Source of the DNA: Lytechinus pictus
Lineage: Eukaryota
Reading direction: 5' to 3'
Length of the DNA stretch: 64,000 nucleotides
Assembly: GCF_037042905.1 (NCBI RefSeq)
Contig: NC_087257.1
Location: forward strand, 24,738,001 to 24,802,000
Part shown: piece by piece, positions 53,044-63,442 of the stretch
Numbering within the stretch: position 1 is the first letter of the stretch
Layout of the letters: every line of letters starts with the position of its first letter
Notes under the pieces: generated by a model
Seen by the model: the letters and a program-made list of their open reading frames with translations, nothing else
Told to the model about the DNA's origin: nothing
Databases searched by the model: none
Program-made: the position numbers and the translations under genes

Positions 53044-53629
53044 TGACCAAATAACCACACCCACTCCTCCAAAAGCTATCCTGAACGATCTTACTTTCCT
53101 CTACACTTAATGGGGAGGGGGGGAGGCCGGGACGGCAGTATTTTCGAGGGGATCGACACATCTCTTCAGTGGACACAAATCATTTCAATATACTTCAATT
53201 AATGATTTATTTTATAATACTTTTGCTCAAAAGTCACTCCTTAAATTTTATATGTTCGAGTGGAAATGAAATAAAAAATTTAATTGAATTAAATTGAATT
53301 AATTGAATTTATTCCAAAACAATAGTTCTGTATATAAGTAGGCATATAGGGACACCCCTTTGAATCTGTGTCTGCCAAGTCCAATAATATATGTGCCCTG
53401 CCAGTTTTGAAATAAAAAACCTCCCCATTATAATATATTTTTAATGTCTCTCTACAAGTTCAAGGTCAAATTTGCCCAACTTTAGCCAAGTATATAGGCC
53501 CTATACAAGCATGACATGGCTGTTAATGGTCCGAACTAGGCGTGACAGAATGAGGAATGAGAATGAGGAGAAAAGGACGCCTAATATGGGCGAAATCCGC
53601 TCGTATAAATCCATGTTAAAATAAATGTA

Positions 53630-55454
53630 CACTCCCCTCCAAAAGTTTGGGAACACCTGCATTCAGTGTGTGCTTTTCTATACTTGGTAGACTTTATTGA
53701 TATTCAGGCTCATAGCACAGTTGAATTTTTGTTTTAAAGTGAAGATTATACAGCAGTGTAAATTTTGTTATTGATTCAAACAAATTTACACTCTCTTAAA
53801 TGGCTGGCTACCAGTCAAGATGGCATTCTCTCAAAATGCTAACTTATTTTATTACATGCAGTTATTGCAGTTATTCAGAGCTTTTACACTAATACATGTG
53901 CAACTTCATTCATTTTTCCTTTTCCTAGTCAGAAGTCAGACACAAAAATAAAATTAAACAATACTCAGTGTTTCACTGATATGGAAAACACAGATGAGTC
54001 TCACTTGTTGGGCAAGTTTCTCGAACCTTCCTGTCTAGTTCTTTCTTAAGCAGCTCGATGGGATTGAGATATGGGGACTGGGGCGGCCAATCCATGATTT
54101 CCAGGACTTGTTTCTATTCCTTTTTAGTCTTTGCATAGTCTTGACGTGTGTTTTGGGTCATTGTCCTGCTGGAAAACGAATCCTCCGATCAGGCGTTTCC
54201 CTGAAGGGATGGCCTTCCGCTGTAGGATTGAATGATAGCCGTGCTGGTTGAGGATACCCTCTACTCTGTGCAAGCTGCCTACCTTTCCTGCACCAAAGCA
54301 ACCCCAAACCATGACATTACCACCACCATGTTTTACAGTTGGCTTGATGCATTGGGGTAGCATCTTTTCTCCCTTTCGCCGTCTCACATAGGTACGTCGC
54401 TTGCTACCAAACACCTCGAACTTTGATTCGTCAGACCAAAGAACCTTCTGCCACTGCACCAAAGACCAGTCTTCATGCTTCCTAGCCCAAGCAAGCCTTT
54501 TCTTCCGGTTGTTTTCTTTGAGGAGAGGTTTCCTTGAAGCCACACGGTCCATCAGCCCTGCTCCACAGAGACGTCTTCTAACAGTTGAAGAACATACAGG
54601 CATCTCATGGGTGTTGTTGAGGTCAGCTGTAATCTGTGGGCAAGTCAGACAACGGTTGCGCAGACTGCTCACCCGAATGTATTTATCTTCAGCAGGAGAT
54701 GTTGTTTTTGGCCTACCACTTCGTCTCCTGTCCCCATTAGACCCAGTGGCCTCTTTGCGTTTCAGGCTGTAGTGAACAGCATGGATACTGATCTTGAGTT
54801 TCCCGGCTATTTCTCGTATGGAGTAGCCTTCTTCAAAACTACATTTGACTGACGTGTTTCCAAAGAAAGCTGTCTTGTCTTAGCCATTTTAATTTTGTGA
54901 CTGACTTCTGACAAAGAAAAACTGAATAGGCAAAATAAATGAAGGTGCACTGGAATAAGTGTAAAAAACTCTGAATAACTTTTGAATTCATGAATTTCAA
55001 ATTGCACTGATGTCTACTCCACTTCCATGCATTTTCTTTAAAGAAGGATTAGGTATTTGTCAATTTCAGACGTTTTCCAGGATAAAGATGCAGATTTCCA
55101 TAAATTAACTGTCTTATGAACAATACTGAGCAACAAATTCTGAGGACATCTGCTGTAACATTCACAAAATAATGGGAAGAATTTCAGAATAGAACCCCAA
55201 ACAGAACAATGTTAAAAGAAGTTAGCATTTTTTAGAGAATGCCATCTTGACTGGTAGCCTGCCCTCTTTGGCAGCTGCACGTCTCTTAAGAGCTTTGAAT
55301 TTGTTTGAATCAATGATAAAATGTACACAGGTGTATAGCCTTCACTTTAAAACAAAAATACAGCTGTACTACGAGGCTTAACTTCAGTAAAGTCTACCAA
55401 AGTTCGAAAAACACACACTGAAGGCAGGTGTTCCCAAACTTTTGGAGGGGAGTG
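53630..55454 (-). mobile_element. Tc1 DNA transposon with long (~220-bp) TIRs, TA TSD
   Basis: TA|CACTCCCCTCCAAAAGTTTGGGAACACCTGC ... GCAGGTGTTCCCAAACTTTTGGAGGGGAGTG|TA; inner TIR blocks at ~53809-53845 / ~55219-55258. Confidence 0.92.
54000..54887 (-). pseudogene. Tc1 DDE transposase pseudogene
   Basis: MAKTRQLS start at 54887 followed by a frameshift; motifs WSDESKF, KHGGGNVMVWGCF, QQDNDPKH, then a stop/frameshift before SPYLNPIE; C-terminus decayed. Confidence 0.9.
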
Positions 55455-56651
55455 TATATTTCTGCCATGAAGCTATAAAACACAGTTATAGCTTCATGCC
55501 TTTCTGCATTGCATGAATAGTCCTACATGTATGAACGGGTACATAGTCTTCCAAATTATAGACAATGAAGTAGAATTTTCACTTATTATTTTCAAAAAAA
55601 TTAAAGTACGTATCTTCTTAGTATTACTCCATGAAAAAGGGGCGTGTCAGCCAAAAGGATGAGGACTATAAATTTAAATGAATTTTCCTTTTCAAACAAA
55701 GCATGGCGCTCAGTACACACATCTCGCTCAAATTGACTCAAAATGCATGCTTCTCAGTCTCAATGCTTTTCCCATTCACTATACATGTATGTGGGTGGAC
55801 GCATAGAGAACACGCAGGCACTCACTTTTCCCGTCGTGCGTTTATTTTCCTGTAAGAATTCGAGAGCGGGAACAAATTTCGAGCTCGAGGAAGATTGCAT
55901 TTGCAAATCACAGTTAAAAATATTGGTATGGAATTATGACGCTCGCATATCATGAAATCTCTTTCGCGTTCTCTTGGTATACCGGGGAAAAAAACTCTTA
56001 ACTGGGAAACACACACCTAAGAGTTGAAGATTATTTAAAAGGAGTGACGGACCAGTTTGACGCTGGAAAATTTCTGACCATGCCTGGCAGCTAGCGTGAT
56101 TTGGAAAAAGGTAAGAAAGAAGTTTATTTCTATAAAAAATAAAGTTTTGATTTTATTTAATATTAGGCCTATACATTTTCATACCAGTTTCTATAAACTT
56201 TTGTTTAGATTAATTGATGGGTCCTACGATTATGCATTATTTGCCCTATATACAAAACAGATTTATGAAGATCATTATCTTAATGAGAATTCCTTGATTA
56301 TGATTTTGAATACTAGTAAAAAACAGCACAGTGGCTGCCAGTTGAGTTATGCACTTAGAATAATGTACATTGCAGAACTTGATGTGTATTAAATTTGTAC
56401 CTTAAAAATCATTTAGTTTCAATCGTGCGTATTTTATTGCGGTTTCTTTCAAATAGACCCTTCTGCATGTCGTACTGTCCTTGGCCTGCGAATCGGGTCA
56501 GAAATTGGATTCTAAAAACGTGCTTGAAAATAAAATGAATGTGAATTGAAGGCATATTGTTTGTTTTCCTGTTTTATTTCAGATCTGGATTGAACGACAA
56601 ACCTCACCCTGTTGTACACATATAGGCCCTATGCGGACTTAAACTGGAATC

Positions 56652-58970
56652 ATGAAAAATAATTTGGGCGCCAGGATGGAGGCAAGTCACGTCAAACTCA
56701 ACGGAATTCGACTCGACATACTGTTAATGCAAGCAAAAAATGGCGGCAAACACGTAAAAATGTACGTCTTGAAACAAGTATTCGAAGCCTTTCAAAAGGA
56801 AAAAAAATCATTTCCGAGGACTACGTTTCATAAACGCTTGAGCAGGCTACATATCACCCTAAAACCGTGCAAATTAAAAGAGATTCATCGCCTAAAATGG
56901 CTAAAAGCAGTTCCGAATCGTACCAGTAAATGTTGTCTAATTTCTCATGCAGATTTGCTAAAGCTTTGTCGGTCGTGTGGTGTAGAAACAGAGGCGTTGG
57001 AAAGCAAAAGTAAGGTCAAAACAAACATCAAATTAAAACGCAAGAAACGCAAGAAAAATGCCAAGAAACGAGAGAGGGATATAGACAGAAAATGTAAAAA
57101 TTCAAATGAGTATGATTTAGAATATTCAATGTGCTCAGAAAGAATTATTAACTGTCATAAGTCGAGTGGTACAGATTATCCGAATGCTTCAAAATCCGAC
57201 ATAAGTTTTACCCACGGTAACTCAGTGGACAGTGATTTCCGTACACAACATGTGCGTAGCGGCAATGCAATGCACGGAGAGGCTACATGTAAACAAATGG
57301 TGAATGGCCGCTGCATTGAGTATGACAGTAGCAGCTCCACTAAAAAATCGGTGGAATTTTCGTTTTCTGAGCCTCGCTTTGGATTTCGAAAATGTGAGAG
57401 GAGAACTGTGACATTTGACATTCATTCCCAAGCATTTTCTACGGCAGACAGCTCTTTATTTGACGCCAAACGACCAAAGAACATGCGCGGAGAAGCCGAA
57501 TTTGATTGTCGAGAAACTGGCGCAAACATGGATGATAATAATACAGTAGACACATGCCTTCCTATTGCATCAAATGCTAACGTAAACTGTGAGGATATTA
57601 TACACAGTGAAACTAAAACGGCCGCCTCGAAAGAAAAGGAATATTTTGGATTTACTGGGCAGGAGAAAGAGGATAATTCTTGGAAATCGTTTGGCAATGT
57701 ACCCGACCAAGATGCGGCCGCCATATTGGAGAATACCGAGGAAAATAGTGAAGGAGAAATACGTTTTGTGAATGGATTTCAATTTGCCGTCGCAGCTCAA
57801 CAGATTCGCGTGGGGTGCAATGATTTGGAGAGCGGCAGTGACCAAGAGAGTGAATTGTCGAACTTGGAAATCAACTCGAATCTGTCTGATTTATCGGAGT
57901 TATCAGTGTCCAGTGAGTCGTTGAATTCGGAGTCAAGCAGAAACATGGGCGCTGGGGAGATTGGTAGGGGTCGGTGGCGGGCCAGGGTCGGGTCAAATTC
58001 AGACGGGGAGTCGGAATGCTCACCGAACTTGAGAGACAGTCCAGCGGACTTTTATCATGGAGCGAATCCAGGTCATAGTATTAGTATATCGCGTGGAGCT
58101 AGCTGCGGTCTACCAAGTTTACATTCGTCACTGTGTAACCCCAGTACATTATGGTCGCATCATTCGGCAATGTACGCTAAGAAAATAAGCGACTCTATGC
58201 GAGCCAAGAATGATAAATCCTTGATTATGCAGGGGCGCCATAACAATTGCATTAGGAACATTCAGCAGAAAGCTCGTGAAAATCATGAAAACGAGCGGAC
58301 CACTGAACACGAGTGCGGCCGAAACTGTACGGAGGTTACCGCTGCTGAGTCGGGGGAACACCAAGACACTGTAACAGGTGCATCGGCCCTGGTGTTGAAA
58401 AAGAGCCAGAAATCGTGGCATGTCTCGCCACAAAAAGAAGGGGAGGAGACCTTAAATGGGGAGATCAAACTTGGAGAAAAAAGGAAATCGGGCATACGGA
58501 CAGAAGAATGCACAGAAAGTAAATCCCTGCCTCACAAGAAAAATCACAAGAAAAAGAGAAAGAAGAAAAATACACGATGTAACTTTGACGGGGAAGGTGT
58601 AGAAAAATGTGATGTGAATGGGAATTTCGTCAAACGGGCGAAAGGTTCGGGTACGCGTCTTGTATCAGAAACCAAGCCAGAAATTTGCCATAAGAAAAAA
58701 CGACACAATGCGCAACGGGAACCAAAGAAAGTGGCGGAATTAAAGCGAAAACTGGAAGCCATTTCTAACGAATTAGAACGCCTTCAGAAAAGCAAGGCGA
58801 AGAAATCGATCGGAAAGGGGGTGGTGAATTGTAAGCAAGAAAAGACACGGCGATTAAAACCGCAAGAAACCTGTAGTGACTTGACTATATCTTTTTATAT
58901 ATCTACATCTATATATTCTTTCCTTGTATATATTTTCATTTATATTTCAACATTCTGTATATGTATATAA
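56652..58970 (+). CDS. SKIDA1: SKI/DACH domain-containing protein (SKIDA1-like), truncated by LTR insertion; last 32 aa are LTR-derived
   Basis: The N-terminus (LNGIRLDILL...MYVLKQVF...PRTTFHKRL..L....C.LKEIHRLK...KCCLISHADL..L..SC) matches the SKIDA1 Dachshund-homology domain as recalled. Long single coding exon with a Ser/acidic middle and NLS-like basic clusters. 5'UTR intron 56111-56582 (gtaaga...ttcag). Host sequence ends at 58871. Confidence 0.75.
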   Translation: MKNNLGARMEASHVKLNGIRLDILLMQAKNGGKHVKMYVLKQVFEAFQKEKKSFPRTTFHKRLSRLHITLKPCKLKEIHRLKWLKAVPNRTSKCCLISHADLLKLCRSCGVETEALESKSKVKTNIKLKRKKRKKNAKKRERDIDRKCKNSNEYDLEYSMCSERIINCHKSSGTDYPNASKSDISFTHGNSVDSDFRTQHVRSGNAMHGEATCKQMVNGRCIEYDSSSSTKKSVEFSFSEPRFGFRKCERRTVTFDIHSQAFSTADSSLFDAKRPKNMRGEAEFDCRETGANMDDNNTVDTCLPIASNANVNCEDIIHSETKTAASKEKEYFGFTGQEKEDNSWKSFGNVPDQDAAAILENTEENSEGEIRFVNGFQFAVAAQQIRVGCNDLESGSDQESELSNLEINSNLSDLSELSVSSESLNSESSRNMGAGEIGRGRWRARVGSNSDGESECSPNLRDSPADFYHGANPGHSISISRGASCGLPSLHSSLCNPSTLWSHHSAMYAKKISDSMRAKNDKSLIMQGRHNNCIRNIQQKARENHENERTTEHECGRNCTEVTAAESGEHQDTVTGASALVLKKSQKSWHVSPQKEGEETLNGEIKLGEKRKSGIRTEECTESKSLPHKKNHKKKRKKKNTRCNFDGEGVEKCDVNGNFVKRAKGSGTRLVSETKPEICHKKKRHNAQREPKKVAELKRKLEAISNELERLQKSKAKKSIGKGVVNCKQEKTRRLKPQETCSDLTISFYISTSIYSFLVYIFIYISTFCICI

Positions 58971-59744
58971 ATTCTTTCTTTTATTTCCAATTTCATATAT
59001 TCTCACTTGTTCACGCCATGTGTATTTACTACAATACTGTACATTCACAGAGCAAGCCAACTCATTTTCTGTCCAAATCTACTTGGCAAACACATTCTTA
59101 TATTGAGAAACAACCTTTCTTTTGTTCCTAGACTTGGAGCAAACATCCTTTCATTGTTCCTTGTTTATTGCAATAAACTTGCAGGTATACAACATCACTA
59201 CAGAGATGCTCGCATGTTTGCTTTTCTCACAGTCTGCTTCTCTCCTCTTTGTTCTTCTCAACTGTGTTTTGTCCTCTTTTTGGCGCTTATTTCTTTGTCT
59301 CATCTTTTCTGATGTTGGTAAAAACAACTTGTTTTCTCTACCACATCATCACTCTACTCTCTGCCTTCGTCCTGTCCACTCATGCTGACCATCTCATCCA
59401 GCTGCTAGTGAGGATTGAATCAAATCTTGTGGAGGATCAGCTTATACTTAATTATTTCTCTGCATTTTCCAATCTTATTCCTTACCGTCACTTACACTCA
59501 TTCGAAGTCTATATCCTCTGCATATTTAATGAGCTCATTACTTCGCGAGACATTTTGTGACATCTGTCCCTTTTTTCTAATCTATTTGAAATTGTGAAGT
59601 GTATATATTTCTATTCACGGATTTGTGCAATTTACCTGAGATTCTGAGCGGCTGGACCCCATTCTATCTTCTGGCGAGCAAGAATTAAGGTAGGACCTAA
59701 CTTTTATATAAATATTAGGAGATTGTATAGCCAATTTCCTAAAC
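58872..59744 (+). repeat. 5' LTR (composite: 331-bp TG...CA unit 58872-59202 plus ~540-bp extension to the PBS)
   Basis: Matches 63443-64000 over the 558 bp that can be compared; AATAAA at 59172-59177; TCACTACA at 59195-59202. Confidence 0.85.
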
Positions 59745-59762
59745 TGGTGACCCCGACGTGAT
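59745..59762 (+). promoter_or_regulatory. Primer binding site, tRNA-Trp
   Basis: TGGTGACCCCGACGTGAT is complementary to the 3' 18 nt of eukaryotic tRNA-Trp (ATCACGTCGGGGTCACCA). Confidence 0.9.
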
Positions 59763-59877
59763 CCTGAATCCTTAATTTTCTTTTATCGCCCTCTATTCAT
59801 TTCTCTCACTTCGCTATTCTTATTTCGCTATTTTTGTTTCCTTTCTACTTCTCAATTTTTTTTCTTTACTCTACAAC

Positions 59878-60162
59878 ATGACTACTCCTAATGTTTCCTC
59901 TACTCCTGAATCTTTCCTTTCTCCAATCGACCAACTCTCTGCGCAGGTTGACCAGCTCACAATGCAGATTCAAGCATTAACCATGCTGAAAAACCAGAGA
60001 GGGACTTGTAGTCGACAGCGCAAGTCGGTTTCACGCAGTGAGCAGCATGCAGGTGCCCAGTGCTGGTATCACTGGAAGCATGGGAGCAGTGCTCAAAAGT
60101 GCATAGGTCCTTGCTCTTTCTCGGCAAAACAGGCCCAGGGAAACGACCCCGCCAAGGAATAG
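59878..60162 (+). CDS. gag: Minimal Gag (94 aa): coiled coil + CHCC zinc knuckle, no capsid domain
   Basis: AACATGA start; [18 protein letters not shown] = C-X2-H-X9-C-X3-C, the CsRn1-clade motif. Confidence 0.8.
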   Translation: MTTPNVSSTPESFLSPIDQLSAQVDQLTMQIQALTMLKNQRGTCSRQRKSVSRSEQHAGAQCWYHWKHGSSAQKCIGPCSFSAKQAQGNDPAKE

Positions 60163-60182
60163 CGGCGACTAACCCCCTTGGC
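60138..60182 (+). promoter_or_regulatory. -1 ribosomal frameshift signal (slippery heptamer + putative pseudoknot)
   Basis: G GGA AAC (60138-60144) in the gag frame; pol is in the -1 frame; downstream CCGC/GCGG and CAAGG/CCTTG stems. Confidence 0.75.
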
Positions 60183-63100
60183 AGCACCCAACCCAGTCGC
60201 CTTTTCTTTGTCAACGACAAGTACACTGGTACACGCTTTCTCGTCGACACAGGTGCTGAGGTGAGCATTTTCCCTCATTCAAAATTGGGAAAATCGGCTA
60301 GGGTTGACGCGACAAATATCCAACTACAAGCTGTAAATCGATCGCCAATCAAGACTTTCGGACAAAAGTCTTTCACAATTAATCTCGGTTTACGGCGTGT
60401 TTTCCGCTGGATATTTGTTGTGACAGATATACCCACGCCGATTTTGGGTGCCGATTTTCTTGACCAGTTTGGACTGTTGGTGGATATCAAACACCGCCGA
60501 TTGATAGACACCACAACCACTCTTACAGTCCAGGGATGTGGTTCATATACTGGTACCATTAGCCCGATGTATGTTCAACATGACTCATCGGAGCGGTTTC
60601 ACTCCATTCTCCATCAGTATCCGGATATCACACGACCGGTTTACAAGCACTCAGAAGTGAAACATACTACCACGCATCACATCCCAACTCGAGGCCTGCC
60701 CGCGGCAGCGCGCCCTCGTCGACTTGCTCCAGATCGTCAGAGAATTGCCCAGGCAGAGTTCGAGCACATGCTTGAACTTGGCATTATCCGACAATCTGAG
60801 AGCAACTGGTCAAGTCCATTGCACATGGTTCCCAAGAAAACGCCAGGGGACTGGCGGCCTTGTGGTGATTATCGCTTGCTCAACGCTCGCACGGTCCCGG
60901 ATCGATACCCTATCCCACACTTGCAAGATTTCTCTTCAACTCTTGCAGGTAAGACAATTTTTTCCAAAATTGATCTCGTTAGGGCATATCATCAGATCCC
61001 AGTCGAGCCTAGCGACATTCACAAGACTGCCGTGACCACTCCATTCGGCTTATTCGAATTCGTTCAAATGCCATTCGGCCTTAGGAATGCAGCACAAACA
61101 TTCCAGCGATTGATGGACACCGTCATTCGCGGCCTCCCATTTGTCTATGTTTATCTGGATGATATACTGGTAGCCAGTTCCTCTAAGGATGAACATGTGA
61201 CACATCTCCGTCAGCTTTTCGATCGCCTGCAGGAGTATGGCATCATCGTCAATCCCTCGAAATGTCAGTTTGGTGCTTCATCGCTATCTTTTCTCGGACA
61301 TATGGTGGACAACACCGGAATCCGCCCTCTTAGCGACAAAGTGAAAATCATCCGTGATTTTCCCGCACCTACGTCACTCACCAAACTTCGAGAATTCCTG
61401 GGATTGATAAACTTCTACAGGCGATTCATTCCTCGTTGTGCAGAGGTGCTGCAACCACTGACTGATCTGTTGAAAAACAGAACAAAAAAGAACATGCCAA
61501 TTGATCTTGGAGAGAAAGAGCTTCTTGCTTTCAATCATGCTAAAGATCAATTGGCTAACTCTACTGTTCTTGTGCACCCTCGCACTGATGTTCCCTTGTG
61601 CCTACTAGTCGACGCTTCTGACGTAGGAGTTGGGGGAGCTATCCAACAACGAGTAGATGGAGTTTGGCAACCTCTGGCTTTCTTCTCTAAGAGGTTACAA
61701 CCCGCTGAAACCAAATACAGCACTTTTGGTAGGGAGTTGCTTGCAGCATATCTGGGTATCAAGCACTTTCGCCATCTTCTTGAAGGTAGGTCATTTACTA
61801 TCTACACTGACCACAAACCTCTTACCCATGCACTCAAGTCGAAACCGGATAGGCATTCGCCACGTGAAATCCGACAACTCGATTTCATTTCTCAGTTCAC
61901 TTCTGATATACAGCACATTTCAGGTAAGGAGAACACAGCAGCAGACGCCCTCTCTCGTCTGTATATTGACAGAGTTGATTCTTCCTCAATCATAGACTTT
62001 GCGGCCATCGCAAAAGATCAGGAAGATGAAACTGAGGTGAAAGACTCCTCACTTCAACTCAAGTCAATTGCTCTCCCAGGTTCTACCACTACCATTCTGT
62101 GCGATATATCAACTGGTACTGCCAGGCCTTTGGTACCAGTCAAACATAGAAGAGCTCTCTTTGATTCCCTTCATGGACTTTCTCATCCAGGAATCAGAGC
62201 TACTCAAAAGCTCATTACAGAGCGCTTTGTTTGGCCTAGCATCAACGCTGATGTTAGGAAATGGGCCAAAACATGCCTCGAATGTCAAAAGTGTAAAGTA
62301 CATCGGCACACCAAAGCACCACTTGGTACTTTCACTTCACCTGATGCACGCTTCTCTCATGTGCACATTGATCTTGTTGGCCCGCTTCCTTCATCAGAGG
62401 GTAACAATTATCTTCTTACTTGTGTTGATCGCTACACCAGATGGCCAGAAGCTATCCCTATCCCAGACATCACTGCGGAGACGGTAGCGCGAGCATTTGT
62501 GGCCAGATGGGTAGCAGTGTTTGGCGCACCTACTACCATCACAACAGACAGAGGTAGGCAATTTGAGTCAGCACTTTTCCTTTCACTCACCAACCTCCTT
62601 GGCACTAAACGCATCCGCACAACAGCATACCATCCTGCCGCAAATGGTTTAGTGGAGCGTTTTCATCGCCAACTTAAAGCCTCTCTCAAAGCTCATAACA
62701 AGGTCCGTTGGACTGAGTCACTCCCTTTAGTCTTGCTAGGTATACGCACAGCAATCAAGGCGGACATTGGATGCTCTGCAGCAGAACTAGTATTTGGGAC
62801 TACAGTCACTCTACCTGCACAATTTGTAGCTCCTTCACAAATTGATTCTGCCGATGACCCATCTAACTATGCCCACAGACTAAAGAGAATGATGCGGGAA
62901 TTACATCCCACTCCTACTCGAAAACAGCAAACTCGAACACAGGTACATCCTGAACTGCATTCTTCATCTCACATCTTTCTACGAGATGATGCTGTTACAA
63001 AGCCATTGCAACCTCCATACAGAGGACCCTTCCGAGTCATCCGTCGCACTGACAAGTATTTTACCATAGATTATAATGGTAAACATGAAAATGTCAGTGT

Positions 63101-63311
63101 CGACAGACTGAAACCGGCTTTCATCGAGCAGGAGGCTACCACTCCATTTCATCATCAAGATCCACCTGACCAAGTTCATCAACAATCCAACTCCACGGAC
63201 TTGGCAGGGGATCCTGACGACAAGCATATGCCTCCCGAAATTCGTAAGACCCGTTCTGGTCGCCATGTCAGGTTTCCTGCCAAGTACGTTCAATTTTTCG
63301 GAGACGGTTGA
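60138..63311 (+). CDS. pol: Pol polyprotein (protease, reverse transcriptase, RNase H, integrase), intact
   Basis: Uninterrupted frame: [10 protein letters not shown] (PR), [15 protein letters not shown] (RT), DASD...REL (RH), HHCC zinc finger, DLVGP...TDRG...VERFH (IN DDE), YRGPF (GPF/Y). Confidence 0.95.
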   Translation, partial: GKRPRQGIAATNPLGSTQPSRLFFVNDKYTGTRFLVDTGAEVSIFPHSKLGKSARVDATNIQLQAVNRSPIKTFGQKSFTINLGLRRVFRWIFVVTDIPTPILGADFLDQFGLLVDIKHRRLIDTTTTLTVQGCGSYTGTISPMYVQHDSSERFHSILHQYPDITRPVYKHSEVKHTTTHHIPTRGLPAAARPRRLAPDRQRIAQAEFEHMLELGIIRQSESNWSSPLHMVPKKTPGDWRPCGDYRLLNARTVPDRYPIPHLQDFSSTLAGKTIFSKIDLVRAYHQIPVEPSDIHKTAVTTPFGLFEFVQMPFGLRNAAQTFQRLMDTVIRGLPFVYVYLDDILVASSSKDEHVTHLRQLFDRLQEYGIIVNPSKCQFGASSLSFLGHMVDNTGIRPLSDKVKIIRDFPAPTSLTKLREFLGLINFYRRFIPRCAEVLQPLTDLLKNRTKKNMPIDLGEKELLAFNHAKDQLANSTVLVHPRTDVPLCLLVDASDVGVGGAIQQRVDGVWQPLAFFSKRLQPAETKYSTFGRELLAAYLGIKHFRHLLEGRSFTIYTDHKPLTHALKSKPDRHSPREIRQLDFISQFTSDIQHISGKENTAADALSRLYIDRVDSSSIIDFAAIAKDQEDETEVKDSSLQLKSIALPGSTTTILCDISTGTARPLVPVKHRRALFDSLHGLSHPGIRATQKLITERFVWPSINADVRKWAKTCLECQKCKVHRHTKAPLGTFTSPDARFSHVHIDLVGPLPSSEGNNYLLTCVDRYTRWPEAIPIPDITAETVARAFVARWVAVFGAPTTITTDRGRQFESALFLSLTNLLGTKRIRTTAYHPAANGLVERFHRQLKASLKAHNKVRWTESLPLVLLGIRTAIKADIGCSAAELVFGTTVTLPAQFVAPSQIDSADDPSNYAHRLKRMMRELHPTPTRKQQTRTQVHPELHSSSHIFLRDDAVTKPLQPPYRGPFRVIRRTDKYFTIDYNGKHENVSVDRLKPAFIEQEATTPFHHQDPPDQVHQQSNSTDLAGDPDDKHMPPEIRKTRSGRHVRFPAKYVQFFGDG

Positions 63312-63429
63312 AACATTTCTCAAAATTAACTGATGTTTCCACTCCTTTTATTTTCTTGTTTTATATAGCCAAGTTCACTTTTACTTTCCCTTGTCGATTT
63401 GTTACTACATTTCTATTCGGTACAAATCT

Positions 63430-63438
63430 AGGGGGGAG
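63430..63438 (+). promoter_or_regulatory. Polypurine tract
   Basis: AGGGGGGAG, 4 nt before the TG of the 3' LTR. Confidence 0.85.
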
Positions 63439-63442
63439 CTAC

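Noticed and set aside
57176-58762. Antisense ORFs within the SKIDA1-like exon (likewise within pol and 39424-40701)
   Set aside because: Shadow ORFs of real coding sequence.
58924-59597. Hydrophobic ORFs in the LTR (repeated at 63495-63959) as a possible env or accessory gene
   Set aside because: By-product of T/C-rich LTR composition; short, overlapping in all frames, no motifs. The part of the extension I translated on the minus strand is also stop-interrupted.
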